A DNA stretch of 64,000 bases. It comes from Alphaproteobacteria bacterium (GTDB taxonomy: Bacteria; Pseudomonadota; Alphaproteobacteria; UBA2966). The notes beneath the pieces were generated by a model. That model made no database searches. It saw nothing but the letters and a program-made list of their open reading frames with translations, and had not been told where the DNA came from. Made by a program: the position numbers and the translations under genes. Where the stretch lies: NCBI GenBank assembly GCA_964291395.2, contig OZ219856.1, positions 2,144,001-2,208,000 on the forward strand, in the 5' to 3' direction. Shown piece after piece: positions 20,004-30,541 of this stretch (its first letter is position 1; each line of letters begins with the position of its first letter).

Positions 20004-21032
20004 TCAGTGCCGGGCCAGTTCCGCCTCGGCCAGTTCCTTGATGCGGGCACGATACGCGATCGACCCTTGATCGATCGCGAGTTGAAGCGTCGGTTCCGCG
20101 CCCGGCTTCTCCTCTTCCAGCTGGATCGCTTCCAGAACGATCTTGTCTTCGGCGAAAGCGGTCCGGAACATCTCGTCGACCACGCGGGCCACCGCCTCAT
20201 CGTCCACATGCGTGTTGCGTATGTGCATCCATCGATCGATGGTTTCACGCTCCGACACGGGCGTGAGGAGATGCACGGCAAACAGGCGGATGCCCTCGTC
20301 CCGGCGGTCTTCGGTCGATCCGGGCTTCGCATCAACGCTGCCGAAGTCGATCACCGCGGTGCTGGGCAGGTAGAGATAGAGATATTGCCACCTGTCGACG
20401 TTGCCTTTGAAGTCTGCGTAGTTCCGGAAAAACGGATTGGGTGGCGCGTTGCGGATCCATCGCCAGGTGTAGATGGGATCCGCCGATGCGTCGCACCGAA
20501 CCGGAACCTCCGCGTGGGCGTCGCTGCCCAGCGTCGTCGGATGAACGAAGGTCACGTGGGCCGGGTCAATGAGATTCTCGGCCACGTTCAAGTAGTTGGA
20601 CTCGATGTAGAGTGCATCGCCCTGATGAGCCTCCCACTCGGGGTCGCCGAGTTGATCCAGATCGAAAACGTCATCGGGATCGACTTGCTCGGGGTCGCCC
20701 ATCCACACCCAGACGATGTCATGACGTTCATGGACGGGAAAAGCCCGAACGCAGGCCGAGGGCGGCACCCGTGGTTGACCCGGGACGCGCGTGCACCTGC
20801 CATCGGTCCCGAATACCGAGCCGTGGTAACCACACTCGATCCGATCTCCGACGAGGCGGCCCTTTGACAGCGGGAGGTGCTTGTGGGGACAACGATCATG
20901 CAGCACCGCCACCTCCCCATTCGATGTGCGGAACACGACGAGATCCTCGCCGAGAATCTTCACGTGGCGCAGTTCGTGATCGAATTCCCTGGCCCATCCG
21001 GCCACGTACCAGGCGTTTCTGACGAAATGCAT
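20004..21032 (-). CDS. Rieske oxygenase alpha subunit, VanA-like demethylase type
   Basis: NAWYVA, DRCPHKHLPLS...CGYHG, ENLIDPAHVTFVH, AFAEDKIVLEA. Confidence 0.92.
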   Translation of the reverse strand: MHFVRNAWYVAGWAREFDHELRHVKILGEDLVVFRTSNGEVAVLHDRCPHKHLPLSKGRLVGDRIECGYHGSVFGTDGRCTRVPGQPRVPPSACVRAFPVHERHDIVWVWMGDPEQVDPDDVFDLDQLGDPEWEAHQGDALYIESNYLNVAENLIDPAHVTFVHPTTLGSDAHAEVPVRCDASADPIYTWRWIRNAPPNPFFRNYADFKGNVDRWQYLYLYLPSTAVIDFGSVDAKPGSTEDRRDEGIRLFAVHLLTPVSERETIDRWMHIRNTHVDDEAVARVVDEMFRTAFAEDKIVLEAIQLEEEKPGAEPTLQLAIDQGSIAYRARIKELAEAELARH

Positions 21033-21725
21033 GCCGGCTATGCCTCCGAGGCTCGCGAGCGCCCTGCACGGTAGCACAGCGACTCAGGCCGCGCCGGGTT
21101 GTTACGAAAGGAATATTTTGGGCCGGCGCGCCATTTCCGGCCGAAAGCGGGGTGCAGACGCCAGTCCGTGTCCTCCTTCTTGGCTTACGCTGCCATCGCC
21201 TTCCTGCTGTACCAAGAGGTCAGTTGGGGCTGCTTATGTTCTGACTTCGACCGCGCATCCCGGGCCACAGCTGTTTCTCCCGCTTCCTGACGATTGTAGG
21301 TACGGGCTCGCCGCAGTGACACAGCGCGGCACTGGCGTAAGGTAGACTTGTAGGGAACTGTCGTTACATGCTCGCGCGCTCCTAAATTCATCTATCTGTG
21401 AAGGTGCCGCGTTCGTCGACAAACGCGGCATTTGCAGTCCCACCCAGCCACGAGCAGCCATGCGCTGACCAGCCTTGATCGCGGCCGCTTTCGGATCTTC
21501 ACAAGGCGTGGAGAGTTCGGTGTATCGCTCCGATCACCCGGTGCCGGCGGGTTCATTCTGCTCCAGGATGTCCGAGCCTATGCTACCCGCGACTATGGAG
21601 ACCGACGCCATGACCGCGTCACAGGCAAGGTAGGTGTATCGGGTCTTCGGTACGGCACTGGCGGTTGCATCCGGCCTTTTTCGCCGTCCGCGAACATCGC
21701 CCGTCGTATTGCCACCCCGAATAGC

Positions 21726-22358
21726 TCAGCTAGGGCCAAAGTGCCGCGACCACACCGGCGCAATGGCGGGACGGGCCGCCACCGCCGCGGTCAGGCGCTC
21801 CAATTTCGGTAGGAAGGCGGGACGCCAGTGCTTCTGCTGCGCCCAGCGACTGACGACCGCGAGGTAGATGTCTGTGAGAGAGAAGCCATCGCTCGAGAGA
21901 TACGGGTCCCCGGACACGTTCGCTTCCACGACGAGCCACCTCGCCCGCCAGATCTCCCTCGCGCGCTCGCGCATCGCATCGACCTGGTCAGGGTCAGTGG
22001 CGAAACGCTCGGGATAGTCGTTGATCTCCACGATCGGGTAGATCTCCGTCGCCGCGAAGAGGAGCCAGCGAAGGGCTTGGGCGCGACCTTGCGTACCCTT
22101 CGCCGGCAACAGGGTCGTTTCCGGGTGTCGTTCGTTGAGGGTGAGGAGGATCGCGACGGACTCGGTCAGCGGCGGTCCGTCATCGACGACAAGGGAGGGG
22201 ACCTTGCGGTGGGGATTGACAGCGGCGTATTCCTCGCCCTGTTGCTCATCGTCGCGGAGGGAAAGCTCGCGAAGCTCGTACTCGGCCCCGATCTCGGCGA
22301 GCATGCACTCCACCGCGCACGACCCCGAGCCCCGGGCTCCATGGAGTACGTACGTCAC
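21726..22358 (-). CDS. Glutathione S-transferase family protein
   Basis: GSGS, VNPHRKVPSL, LTESVAI, FSLTDIY. Confidence 0.9.
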   Translation of the reverse strand: MTYVLHGARGSGSCAVECMLAEIGAEYELRELSLRDDEQQGEEYAAVNPHRKVPSLVVDDGPPLTESVAILLTLNERHPETTLLPAKGTQGRAQALRWLLFAATEIYPIVEINDYPERFATDPDQVDAMRERAREIWRARWLVVEANVSGDPYLSSDGFSLTDIYLAVVSRWAQQKHWRPAFLPKLERLTAAVAARPAIAPVWSRHFGPS

Positions 22359-22409
22359 GCCTGGCTCCCGATTTGGCTGTTGATCGGCGCGTAGGTTGGG
22401 CGCCGATCA

Positions 22410-22580
22410 ACAGCCATGATTCTCGAGACGTTGCCTGGAGCGATGTCGAGTTGCGTGGCGATTCGATCGTGCGCGAGCGTGATTTGTCCAGTATCCGGGT
22501 GCGCGTCGTCGAGCAGCAGAGACCAAAGTTCCGCCGCCCGTCGCGGACACTTGTTGTTCTCGCACAGCCAGAACTCCACG
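22410..22580 (-). pseudogene. Fragment of a plasmid replication (RepL-like HTH) protein
   Basis: WLCENNKCPRRAAELWSLLLDDAHPDTGQITLAHDRIATQLDIAPGNVSRIM resembles small-plasmid HTH Rep proteins; truncated. Confidence 0.5.
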
Positions 22581-22921
22581 TCGCGGGTTCCGCCGTTGGT
22601 GTCGGTCACAGGACCTGCATGGGTGTCACGGCGGCATTATGAGTGTCACGCCACGCCGATGCCACAGCGGCGTGACACCAATCGAAGCCCATTCGGTCAG
22701 CGCCCCCGTGTACGCCCCCCTCGGGCACCGTCCAATGATCCCACAACCCAGCGTCCGGAACGCCGCCTCGACCGCCTTGACGGTTGGACAACAGAAGGAA
22801 ATCTCCATTAATCTCAACGCCTCGGTTTGGCTGGGTCGGACAATCCAACATATTGATTTCAAAGAAATAACACAGGCTGAACCGGGAGCGATGCAAGCGG
22901 CGTTCGCCATATTGGCCGAGA

Positions 22922-23533
22922 CTAGAAGTCCGGAGCGGTGTCGGCGAAAGCGGGGAGTTGGGCACAGGCGGCGGAGAGCGCATCGAGGTTGGGATAGCGC
23001 CCCGCGGGCATGAGGCCGGGGCATGTCAAGGCGATATGGCCGCACAGGACCCCCAGCGTGACGTCGGCCTGGGTGATGTCGGCCCCGGCGAGCCACGGAT
23101 TGGGCTCGAACTTGTCGAGCTCGGCGAGGCCCGCCGCCGCCTGACCTTCACAGCGGTCGATCCAGGCCTGTTCGACGTAACCGTCCGGGCGGCGGTAGCG
23201 CTCGTGGTTGGCGAGAACCACCTTCTCCTGAGTCCCCATCGTCCAATGGACCATCTTCTGGACGGCAAGTCGTTCGGGACCCGACGGCGGCGTCAGCGCA
23301 CGTTCCGGTCCCACGAGCTCATCCAGATACTCCAGTATGAATCCGCTTTCCCACAGCATCTCTCCGTCATCGAGGATCAGGATCGGCACGCGCCCCAGAG
23401 GGTTCATAGGCAGGAGCTCTTCGTTGCTCGGCCACGGCTTGACAGGTCGATGCTCGTACCCGAGACCCAGGATGCGCATGGTGATGGCGACACGGCGGGT
23501 GAAAGGAGAGCGGTAGCGTCCGACCAATATCAT
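22922..23533 (-). CDS. Glutathione S-transferase family protein
   Basis: SPFTRRV, NPLGRVP, ESGFILEYLD, ITQADV. Confidence 0.9.
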   Translation of the reverse strand: MILVGRYRSPFTRRVAITMRILGLGYEHRPVKPWPSNEELLPMNPLGRVPILILDDGEMLWESGFILEYLDELVGPERALTPPSGPERLAVQKMVHWTMGTQEKVVLANHERYRRPDGYVEQAWIDRCEGQAAAGLAELDKFEPNPWLAGADITQADVTLGVLCGHIALTCPGLMPAGRYPNLDALSAACAQLPAFADTAPDF

Positions 23534-23576
23534 CTATCCAGGTCCACGGTTTCGAACGCGGTGCCGGAAAGCACGC

Positions 23577-24704
23577 CTATTTTGCGCCCTGAATACCCCG
23601 CAACAGATCTTGCATGGTGACGACGCCGACCCTGCCGCCGTCACCATCCACCAATACCACCGGTTTTCTTCCGTCACCCGCAACATCGATGAGAGTGTTG
23701 AGATCATCATCCGCGCGCGCCGTGGGGCATTGGTCGAGCGGTACATCCGCCGCGCCCGCAACATACGCTTCCATCGGCCGCATTACCGCATGTGCGTGTA
23801 CGAGCTTGAGTTTGGAGATGCCTTTGACGAATTCCGCGACGTAGTCGTCGACGGGCTCCATGACGATGTCCTCCGGTGTGCCGACCTGCACGAAACGGCC
23901 GTCTTTCATGATGGCAATACGGTCTCCCAGCCGCATGGCTTCATCCAAATCGTGGGTGATGAACACCGTGGTCTTCTTCAGGACACCGGCAAGCTGAATG
24001 AACTCGTCCTGAAGTTGGCGGCGAATGAGGGGATCGAGGGCGCTGAACGGCTCGTCCATCAAAAGGATATCGGGGTCCGCCGCAAGAGCCCGCGCAAGGC
24101 CCACGCGCTGCTGCATGCCTCCCGAAAGCTCGACGGGGTATCGCTCTCCCCAGCCAGCGAGCTGTACGAGCCCGAGCTTTTCATCCGCGACAGCGAATCG
24201 TTCCTTTTTGGAGATGCCCCGAATCTCGAGACCGTAGGCGACGTTGTTGCGCACGCTGCGGTGTGGGAACAGCGCCATGTTCTGGAACACCATGCCAATC
24301 TTTTCCGCGCGGAGAGCGCGGAGCTCGTCAGCGTTCTTCTTCGCGATATCCTTGCCGTCCACCAGGACCCGACCCGCCGTCGGCTGGATGAGCCGGTTGA
24401 TGTGACGCACCAACGTAGATTTCCCGCTGCCCGACAGGCCCATGATGCAGAAGATCTCGCCGGCTTTGACAGAAAACGAGACGTCGGCGACACCGACCAC
24501 ACAATCGAAGCGCTCGAAGACGGTCTCCTTGTCGAGCCCCTCTTGCGTGATGGCGTCGAGCGCCGATCGTGGATCCGCGCCGTAGATCTTCCATATGTTG
24601 GTGCCGACGATCTTGCCGTCAGCCTCGGCATGGCGAGACGTGCCGCCTGGTGCTTCGAACGACCCTCCCGCCAAAGTCTCGCTCGCCATCGACGTTTCCG
24701 TCAT
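23577..24704 (-). CDS. proV: Glycine betaine/proline-type ABC ATPase (ProV-like)
   Basis: GLSGSGKS, LSGGMQQRVGLAR, MDEPFSALDPLIR, CBS-like tail. Confidence 0.9.
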   Translation of the reverse strand: MTETSMASETLAGGSFEAPGGTSRHAEADGKIVGTNIWKIYGADPRSALDAITQEGLDKETVFERFDCVVGVADVSFSVKAGEIFCIMGLSGSGKSTLVRHINRLIQPTAGRVLVDGKDIAKKNADELRALRAEKIGMVFQNMALFPHRSVRNNVAYGLEIRGISKKERFAVADEKLGLVQLAGWGERYPVELSGGMQQRVGLARALAADPDILLMDEPFSALDPLIRRQLQDEFIQLAGVLKKTTVFITHDLDEAMRLGDRIAIMKDGRFVQVGTPEDIVMEPVDDYVAEFVKGISKLKLVHAHAVMRPMEAYVAGAADVPLDQCPTARADDDLNTLIDVAGDGRKPVVLVDGDGGRVGVVTMQDLLRGIQGAK

Positions 24705-25055
24705 GCGTTCGCCCAAAGGATGCAGGCGCCAAGTCTCATGGCGAGGGTCCCGGCCCCTCTTTCACCGCATCGATGGCGTGGCGATACGAAGCTTGGCAGA
24801 TACGACAAAGAAACGCCCTTGCATCCCGTGAACGAGCGACGGCACACAGGTTCCCGCCGATCCGAAAGTCTACCTTGCGGCCGTCCTTCCCGCCATCTCG
24901 GTGCAATGACGTTGCACGCCGCTCGCGACACTTTTGAGAAGGCCAAACCGCGGGTCCGGCGCGCATGCCCGTCGTTTGAGTCGGACCGAAATCGGTGGTT
25001 TAATGGACCCGCTCCGATCCGGTTGGCTTGAACACATCCAACTCCAGGGAACGGT

Positions 25056-25856
25056 TTGGTGGCCACGGTCGAACGATTCAAGGTTCGCGACGAGCAAGTA
25101 TCGGCGTTCGAGCAGGACGGCGCGATACTGCTGACCGGTGCAATCAACGAGGAATGGCAGAATCTGCTGCGGGAAGCGATAGCGCGCGCGCTCCAAACTC
25201 CCACAGACTTCTTCATGCGGCGTCTCGTGTGGAGAACGGACCCGGATTTCGAGCGATTTTGCAGACAGTCCCCGGCCCCGGGTATCGCCGCCGCACTGAT
25301 GCGTACCGACAAGGTCAACTTGTTGTACGACCAGATCTTCGTCAAGGACCCGGGTAGCGCGACGGTCACGGGCTGGCACAATGACCAACCGTACTGGCCT
25401 GTCAGGGGCTGGCCGGTGATAACCTTGTGGATCGCGCTCGACCCCGTAACGAACGACAACGGCGCCCTGGAGTTCATCCGGGGTTCCCACAAATGGAATC
25501 GCTGGTTCCAGACGTTCATGCCTGACGAACACGGCGCCGTTCTGCAGCCGTATCCCAACCAGAACCCGGCGTTCGAGCCATTGATCGACTTCGAAGCCGA
25601 GCGTGACCGCTACGACATCGTGTCATGGGACATGCAACCGGGAGACGCCGTGGCCTTCCATGCCATGTCGGTGCACGGCGCACGGGGCAACGTCGCCAGC
25701 GTGCCGCGGCGCGGCTATGCGGTCCGTTTTGTCGGCAGGGACGCCTACTACGAGTTTTCCGAGACCGACGAGGGGGGGTTTCTCGAGAACCCCGAGCTGA
25801 ATTCAGGCGATCCCTTGGACAGCGAGCTTTTTCCGGTCGTGTACGGAGTCCCATAG
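25056..25856 (+). CDS. PhyH-family Fe(II)/2-oxoglutarate dioxygenase
   Basis: WHNDQPYWP (HxD), WIALD, GSHKW, PGDAVAFH...HGA. Confidence 0.9.
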   Translation: MVATVERFKVRDEQVSAFEQDGAILLTGAINEEWQNLLREAIARALQTPTDFFMRRLVWRTDPDFERFCRQSPAPGIAAALMRTDKVNLLYDQIFVKDPGSATVTGWHNDQPYWPVRGWPVITLWIALDPVTNDNGALEFIRGSHKWNRWFQTFMPDEHGAVLQPYPNQNPAFEPLIDFEAERDRYDIVSWDMQPGDAVAFHAMSVHGARGNVASVPRRGYAVRFVGRDAYYEFSETDEGGFLENPELNSGDPLDSELFPVVYGVP

Positions 25857-25954
25857 CGCCAATTCGCGTCATCTGCACTTGGCATGTATTTCCGAAGGGT
25901 GAGGCCATCGACAGCGATGGCCGGGCAAACAGCGAAATCCCTTAGAGGCGCAAG

Positions 25955-27124
25955 ATGGAACCAAGTGATATCGACGTCTTCGACCCCGCACATTACGAGA
26001 AAGTGCGCCGGCCCATCCTCGAGGCGGAAACCCTGCCGTTCTGGTGCTACACGTCGGAGCCGTTCTATCGGCGCGAAATCGACCGCGTCTTCCTGAGGTC
26101 CTGGAACACGGTCGGGCGCGCGGAGACCATCCCGAACCCCGGGGACTATCGGGCGGTGGAATTGGTCGGAATCCCACTTCTTCTGGCGCGCGGCAAGGAT
26201 GGCGTGATCCGGGCCTTCGCCAACACGTGCCGCCATCGCGGCTCGCAAGTGGTCAGCGGCACCGGGAACCGAGAAACATTCATGTGTCCCTATCACGGTT
26301 GGACCTACGACCTCGCGGGGAACCTCGTCGGCGCGAGAGGCATGGCGAACACGGAGGGCTTCGATCGGGACGACTACGGCCTCGTCCCGGTTCGCCTTGA
26401 AACCTGGAACGGATTCATGTTCGTCACCTTCGCCGCGGACACCATGGGACTCCTCGACTGGGTAGGTGATCTCGACGGTCATCTCGCGTCGTACGACATG
26501 GAAGAAATGCGCTGCGTCAAGTACCTGGAATTCGAAATTGCCGCCAATTGGAAAGTGTGGCTGGAAGGCGCCTCCGAGGATTTTCACGTTCCTACCGTCC
26601 ATCGTACGACCCTCGACAAGCTCAAGGTGAAGCATTGGACGGAGGAGACCCAGGGTCAGTATTGCCGCCTGGTCGAGGAGCACGAAGGGACGCGCGCGGT
26701 ACTTCCGGGGGACGAAGCGTTTCCGTTCATCCCGACGCTGACCGGGGCGGCAGCCAGGGGAACGCAGTACACGGTGCTCTACACAAACCTGAGCCTCGCG
26801 ACGACCAGGGACTGCGCGTTCTTCATGGAGATCTATCCGCTGGGAGTCGACCGGACGAGGTTGCGCGGCGGTTTCCTGTTCACAAAGGAGACATTGGCGA
26901 GGGCCGATTTCGATGAGATCTGCACCAACAACTATTACAGCCGACTGGACACAGGCGTTCGCGAGGACATCCATGTCGCCGAATCCCAGCAGATCGGCTT
27001 GAGCTCACGGCTCTACCGTCCGGGTCGGATTTCGGATCAGGAACCCAACGTGCACAACATCTGGAACTGGATCCTCGATCACGTGCTCGGTCCCGAATCC
27101 CCGATCAGAAAGGTTGTCGGTTAG
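25955..27124 (+). CDS. Rieske oxygenase alpha subunit (choline monooxygenase/CntA/GbcA-like)
   Basis: NTCRHRG...CPYHGW, NWK...EDFHVPTVH, EDIHVAESQQIGL. Confidence 0.9.
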   Translation: MEPSDIDVFDPAHYEKVRRPILEAETLPFWCYTSEPFYRREIDRVFLRSWNTVGRAETIPNPGDYRAVELVGIPLLLARGKDGVIRAFANTCRHRGSQVVSGTGNRETFMCPYHGWTYDLAGNLVGARGMANTEGFDRDDYGLVPVRLETWNGFMFVTFAADTMGLLDWVGDLDGHLASYDMEEMRCVKYLEFEIAANWKVWLEGASEDFHVPTVHRTTLDKLKVKHWTEETQGQYCRLVEEHEGTRAVLPGDEAFPFIPTLTGAAARGTQYTVLYTNLSLATTRDCAFFMEIYPLGVDRTRLRGGFLFTKETLARADFDEICTNNYYSRLDTGVREDIHVAESQQIGLSSRLYRPGRISDQEPNVHNIWNWILDHVLGPESPIRKVVG

Positions 27125-27293
27125 CCGGAACCAAGCGAACTGCACAACGACGGTGACCAAAGCGGTGCCGCCGGACGATCGAGTGACTGTCCAATCAGGA
27201 TCGGGCGCTCAAGCCTGAGCCGCCCGAAATCGAACAGTGCGGTGCGATCGCGTGAAGCTTTGAAGCGAATGCACACAGGGGAGGGCCAAAACG

Positions 27294-28226
27294 ATGCTCG
27301 ATCCGTTTGAGAAGTACAGCTTTCCGGTCGACATATGGGTACAGAACGGCATCGACTGGTTCACCTTGTACTTCCGCCCGTTCTTTCGCGCCATCCGCTG
27401 GCCTATCGCACATACCCTCGATGGGGTGGAAGCATTCCTCATCGTTTTCCCGCCGCTCATTTTCCTGATCTTGTTGCTCTTGATCGCATGGCAGATCGCA
27501 GGCCTGAGGGTGGCGGTGTTCACCGTGCTGGGAATGACCTTTCTCGGCTTCATCGGGGTCTGGAAAGCGACGATGACGACGATCGCCCTGATCGTCACCT
27601 CCGTCCTGTTCTGTGTCGCCATCGGGATTCCGCTCGGCATCTGGGCCGCGCGCAGCAATCGGGTCGACGCCTTCACCCGGCCAATCCTGGACGCCATGCA
27701 GACATGTCCGGGGTTCGTTTATCTCGTGCCGATCGTGATGCTGATCGGCATCGGCAACGTCGCCGGCGTGGCCGTGACAATCGTCTTTGCCCTACCTCCC
27801 GTCATCCGGTTGACCAACCTGGGAATCCGCCAGGTACCGGAAGAGGTCGTTGAAGCGGCCCGCGCGTTCGGCTCCTCGCCGCTTCAAATACTCCTCAAGA
27901 TCCAGCTTCCGCTCGCCATCCGCTCGATCATGTTAGGCGTCAATCAAACCCTGATGATGGCCCTTTCGATGGTAGTGATCGCATCGATGATCGCGGTCGA
28001 CGGACTGGGCATGTTGGTACTGCGCGGCATCGGGCGGCTGGACATGGGACTCGCGACGGTGGGCGGTGTCGGCATCATCGTACTCGCGATGATTCTGGAT
28101 CGTGTGACGCAAGCCGTTGGAAGGCCGGGCACGGAAACGGTTCGCTGGACCGAGCGGGGGCCCGTCGGACTCGCCTTGTCAGTGGGTCGCAATCTCTCCA
28201 ATAATGGACGGATCGCGCTGCGATGA
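27294..28226 (+). CDS. proW: Betaine/proline ABC permease (ProW-like)
   Basis: RPILDAMQT..FVYLVP, EAARAFG, GVNQTLMMALSMVVIASMI. Confidence 0.9.
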   Translation: MLDPFEKYSFPVDIWVQNGIDWFTLYFRPFFRAIRWPIAHTLDGVEAFLIVFPPLIFLILLLLIAWQIAGLRVAVFTVLGMTFLGFIGVWKATMTTIALIVTSVLFCVAIGIPLGIWAARSNRVDAFTRPILDAMQTCPGFVYLVPIVMLIGIGNVAGVAVTIVFALPPVIRLTNLGIRQVPEEVVEAARAFGSSPLQILLKIQLPLAIRSIMLGVNQTLMMALSMVVIASMIAVDGLGMLVLRGIGRLDMGLATVGGVGIIVLAMILDRVTQAVGRPGTETVRWTERGPVGLALSVGRNLSNNGRIALR

Positions 28227-28346
28227 GCGGATACGGCGGAGCCCCATGTGATCGACAGAAGAATCGCAGGCGCAAACGCGGCTTGACGGAAGCCCCCATC
28301 GAAAAACGGCGCGTATTCAACGTTTGAGCAAGAAAGGGAGGCTTAA

Positions 28347-29384
28347 ATGCAAAGTCCAAGACGTGTCGCACTGGGAGCGATTCTGGGACTGGCGATCGGG
28401 GGCTTGCTCACCGGCGTCGGAGCACTGCATCAGCCCGGTTATGCCGCCGGCATGCCGGGCAAAGGGGTGACGGTCCGGCCTGTCCAGGGCACCGATCTCG
28501 AAAGTCGTTTTCAGATGGAGGTCGTCAGCATCGGCCTCGAGCGGCTGGGCTACGAGGTCGAAGAGATGAAGCTCATGCTCGGGCCACCCGCGTACCTGGC
28601 TATCGCCCAAGGGGACCTCGACTTCTATGCCGAGAACTGGGAGCCCCAGCACGATGCATTCATCCAGGCCGCCGGCGGGGATGAAAAGCTGACCACGCTC
28701 GGTGTCCTGATCTCCGGTGCCGGTCAGGGCTATCTCATCGACAAGCGCACGGCCGAGGAGTTCGGCATCACGAACATCGAGCAGTTGAAGGATCCGGAGA
28801 CCGCCAAGCTCTTCGACTCCGATGGCGACGGCAAGGCGAACCTCGCAGGTTGCCCGCCGGGATGGGGGTGCGAACTCATCATCGAGCACCAGATGGACGC
28901 CTACGGGCTCAGAGACACGGTGACCCATGATTCGGGCGACTGGGTTCCCATTCACGCCGATGCCGTGGCCCGCTACAGGGCGGGGGAACGGATCCTGTAC
29001 TACACGTACACGCCGCTGTGGCTCAATCGGTTGCTGGTGCCCGGCGAGGACGTCGAGTGGCTGGAGGTGCCCGAGGTGGCGATACCGGCCAAGTTGATGA
29101 AGGAGGGCGTCAGCACGAGCCTGCCCGACGGCCGCAACGTCGGCTGGTACGTCATCAACATCAGAATCACCGCCAACAACGATTTTCTCGCCAAGAACCC
29201 CGCAGCGAAGCGTTTCTTCGAGCTCGTCAACATCCCGCTACCCGACGTCGACGCACAGAACTACTTGATCTACGAGGGCGAGAAGTCGTTCCCGGACGTC
29301 CGCCGACACGCGGAAGAGTGGGTCGCGAAGAACGAAGAGCAATTCAACGCCTGGGTCGAGGAGGCGGCGAAGGCCGCGCAATAG
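28347..29384 (+). CDS. proX: Betaine/proline ABC substrate-binding protein (ProX-like)
   Basis: Signal peptide; QGYLIDK, FDSDGDGKANLAGCPPGWGCE. Confidence 0.88.
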   Translation: MQSPRRVALGAILGLAIGGLLTGVGALHQPGYAAGMPGKGVTVRPVQGTDLESRFQMEVVSIGLERLGYEVEEMKLMLGPPAYLAIAQGDLDFYAENWEPQHDAFIQAAGGDEKLTTLGVLISGAGQGYLIDKRTAEEFGITNIEQLKDPETAKLFDSDGDGKANLAGCPPGWGCELIIEHQMDAYGLRDTVTHDSGDWVPIHADAVARYRAGERILYYTYTPLWLNRLLVPGEDVEWLEVPEVAIPAKLMKEGVSTSLPDGRNVGWYVINIRITANNDFLAKNPAAKRFFELVNIPLPDVDAQNYLIYEGEKSFPDVRRHAEEWVAKNEEQFNAWVEEAAKAAQ

Positions 29385-29413
29385 CGCAATCGTGGGGTCG
29401 TTTCAGTCTACTC

Positions 29414-29445
29414 GGGTGACGTAGCCGCAACCCGGCACGTCACCC
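29414..29445. terminator. Hairpin downstream of proX
   Basis: GGGTGACGT...ACGTCACCC stem, followed by ATGTTTT. Confidence 0.55.
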
Positions 29446-29518
29446 ATGTTTTCCGGAAAAGACCGATCCCCGCGACTGTCGAACCGCCCCTGCCGGGGTC
29501 CGGTCCGGCCAACGACGA

Positions 29519-30433
29519 TCATGTCTTGTCTCCTTCAGCGGCGTTGGCGAAGTAAAGTCCGGCAAAAATCAGCAGCAGGCTGATGAGGTGGAACGGCTCG
29601 AACGTTTCATCAAGAAAGATCACGGCGAGGATCGCCGTGAAGAGCGGCGGCAGGAACAGGAACTGCCCGGCCCCCCGCGCACCCAACGCCTTGGCGCCCG
29701 CATTGAAGCAGGCGTAGGCGAGCACCGTGGGAAACACCCCGCAATAGGCGAGAAAGACGAGGTTGTCGGCGACCGGGTCGAAACGCCAGGGAGAGAAGAC
29801 GCCCGAGAAGTAGATCGCCCCGCTGACGAGGAACGCCGGCGGAATCATGGCCCAGAGCAACGCCAGGGAATCGATGTCCGGAGGCCGATAGCGCAGCAGG
29901 ATCGAGTAAACGGCCCAGACGACGATGCCGATCAGCATGACGAGATCGCCGAGGACGAATTCGACCTGCAGCAGCGTGGAGAGGCGCCCTTGGGTGACGA
30001 CGACGGCCACGCCGAGAAATCCGGAGGCCATTCCCAGCACCATCCGCCAGGATACCGGATCCCGGAAACAGAGCCACGAAAGCGCCACGATCCAGGCGGG
30101 CGTGGCCGTGTTGATGAGGGAGACATTGATCGACTTCGTCAGCCCGAGCGCGCCGTAAAGGAACTGCGGGAACAGCCCGATTCCCAGGACCCCCAGCACC
30201 GTGATGATCCTCCAGTGCCGGAGGATGGCGCGCCGTTGGCGGATGACGGGCCGGACGGCCCAGGGCGTCAACAACGTGAACGCCATCACCCAGGCCCAGA
30301 ACGCGAGACCGGTCGTGGGGACGTAAAAGCTGCCCGCGCGGCTGACCACGGCGTTGGCGCCCCAGAACAGCATGGAGCACGTCAGCAGAAAGCTGGGGAG
30401 CAGACGGCCCGCCCCTGAGGGGACTGCGTTCAT
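29519..30433 (-). CDS. DMT/EamA family transporter
   Basis: About 10 TM helices; FWGAN, GDLVML...WAVYS. Confidence 0.88.
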   Translation of the reverse strand: MNAVPSGAGRLLPSFLLTCSMLFWGANAVVSRAGSFYVPTTGLAFWAWVMAFTLLTPWAVRPVIRQRRAILRHWRIITVLGVLGIGLFPQFLYGALGLTKSINVSLINTATPAWIVALSWLCFRDPVSWRMVLGMASGFLGVAVVVTQGRLSTLLQVEFVLGDLVMLIGIVVWAVYSILLRYRPPDIDSLALLWAMIPPAFLVSGAIYFSGVFSPWRFDPVADNLVFLAYCGVFPTVLAYACFNAGAKALGARGAGQFLFLPPLFTAILAVIFLDETFEPFHLISLLLIFAGLYFANAAEGDKT

Positions 30434-30541
30434 GGCCGGGACATAGCACACGGTGACGGCCGCACACCAAACGTGGGGAACACGCCCTCCCGCCTGCGCG
30501 GCCGGGAGGAGGGAACGGAACTCGGAATCGAGTGCCGGCGC

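Noticed and set aside
21090-21720. Long intergenic region as a possible riboswitch or ncRNA
   Set aside because: No Rfam-like motif recognised by eye; would need an Infernal search
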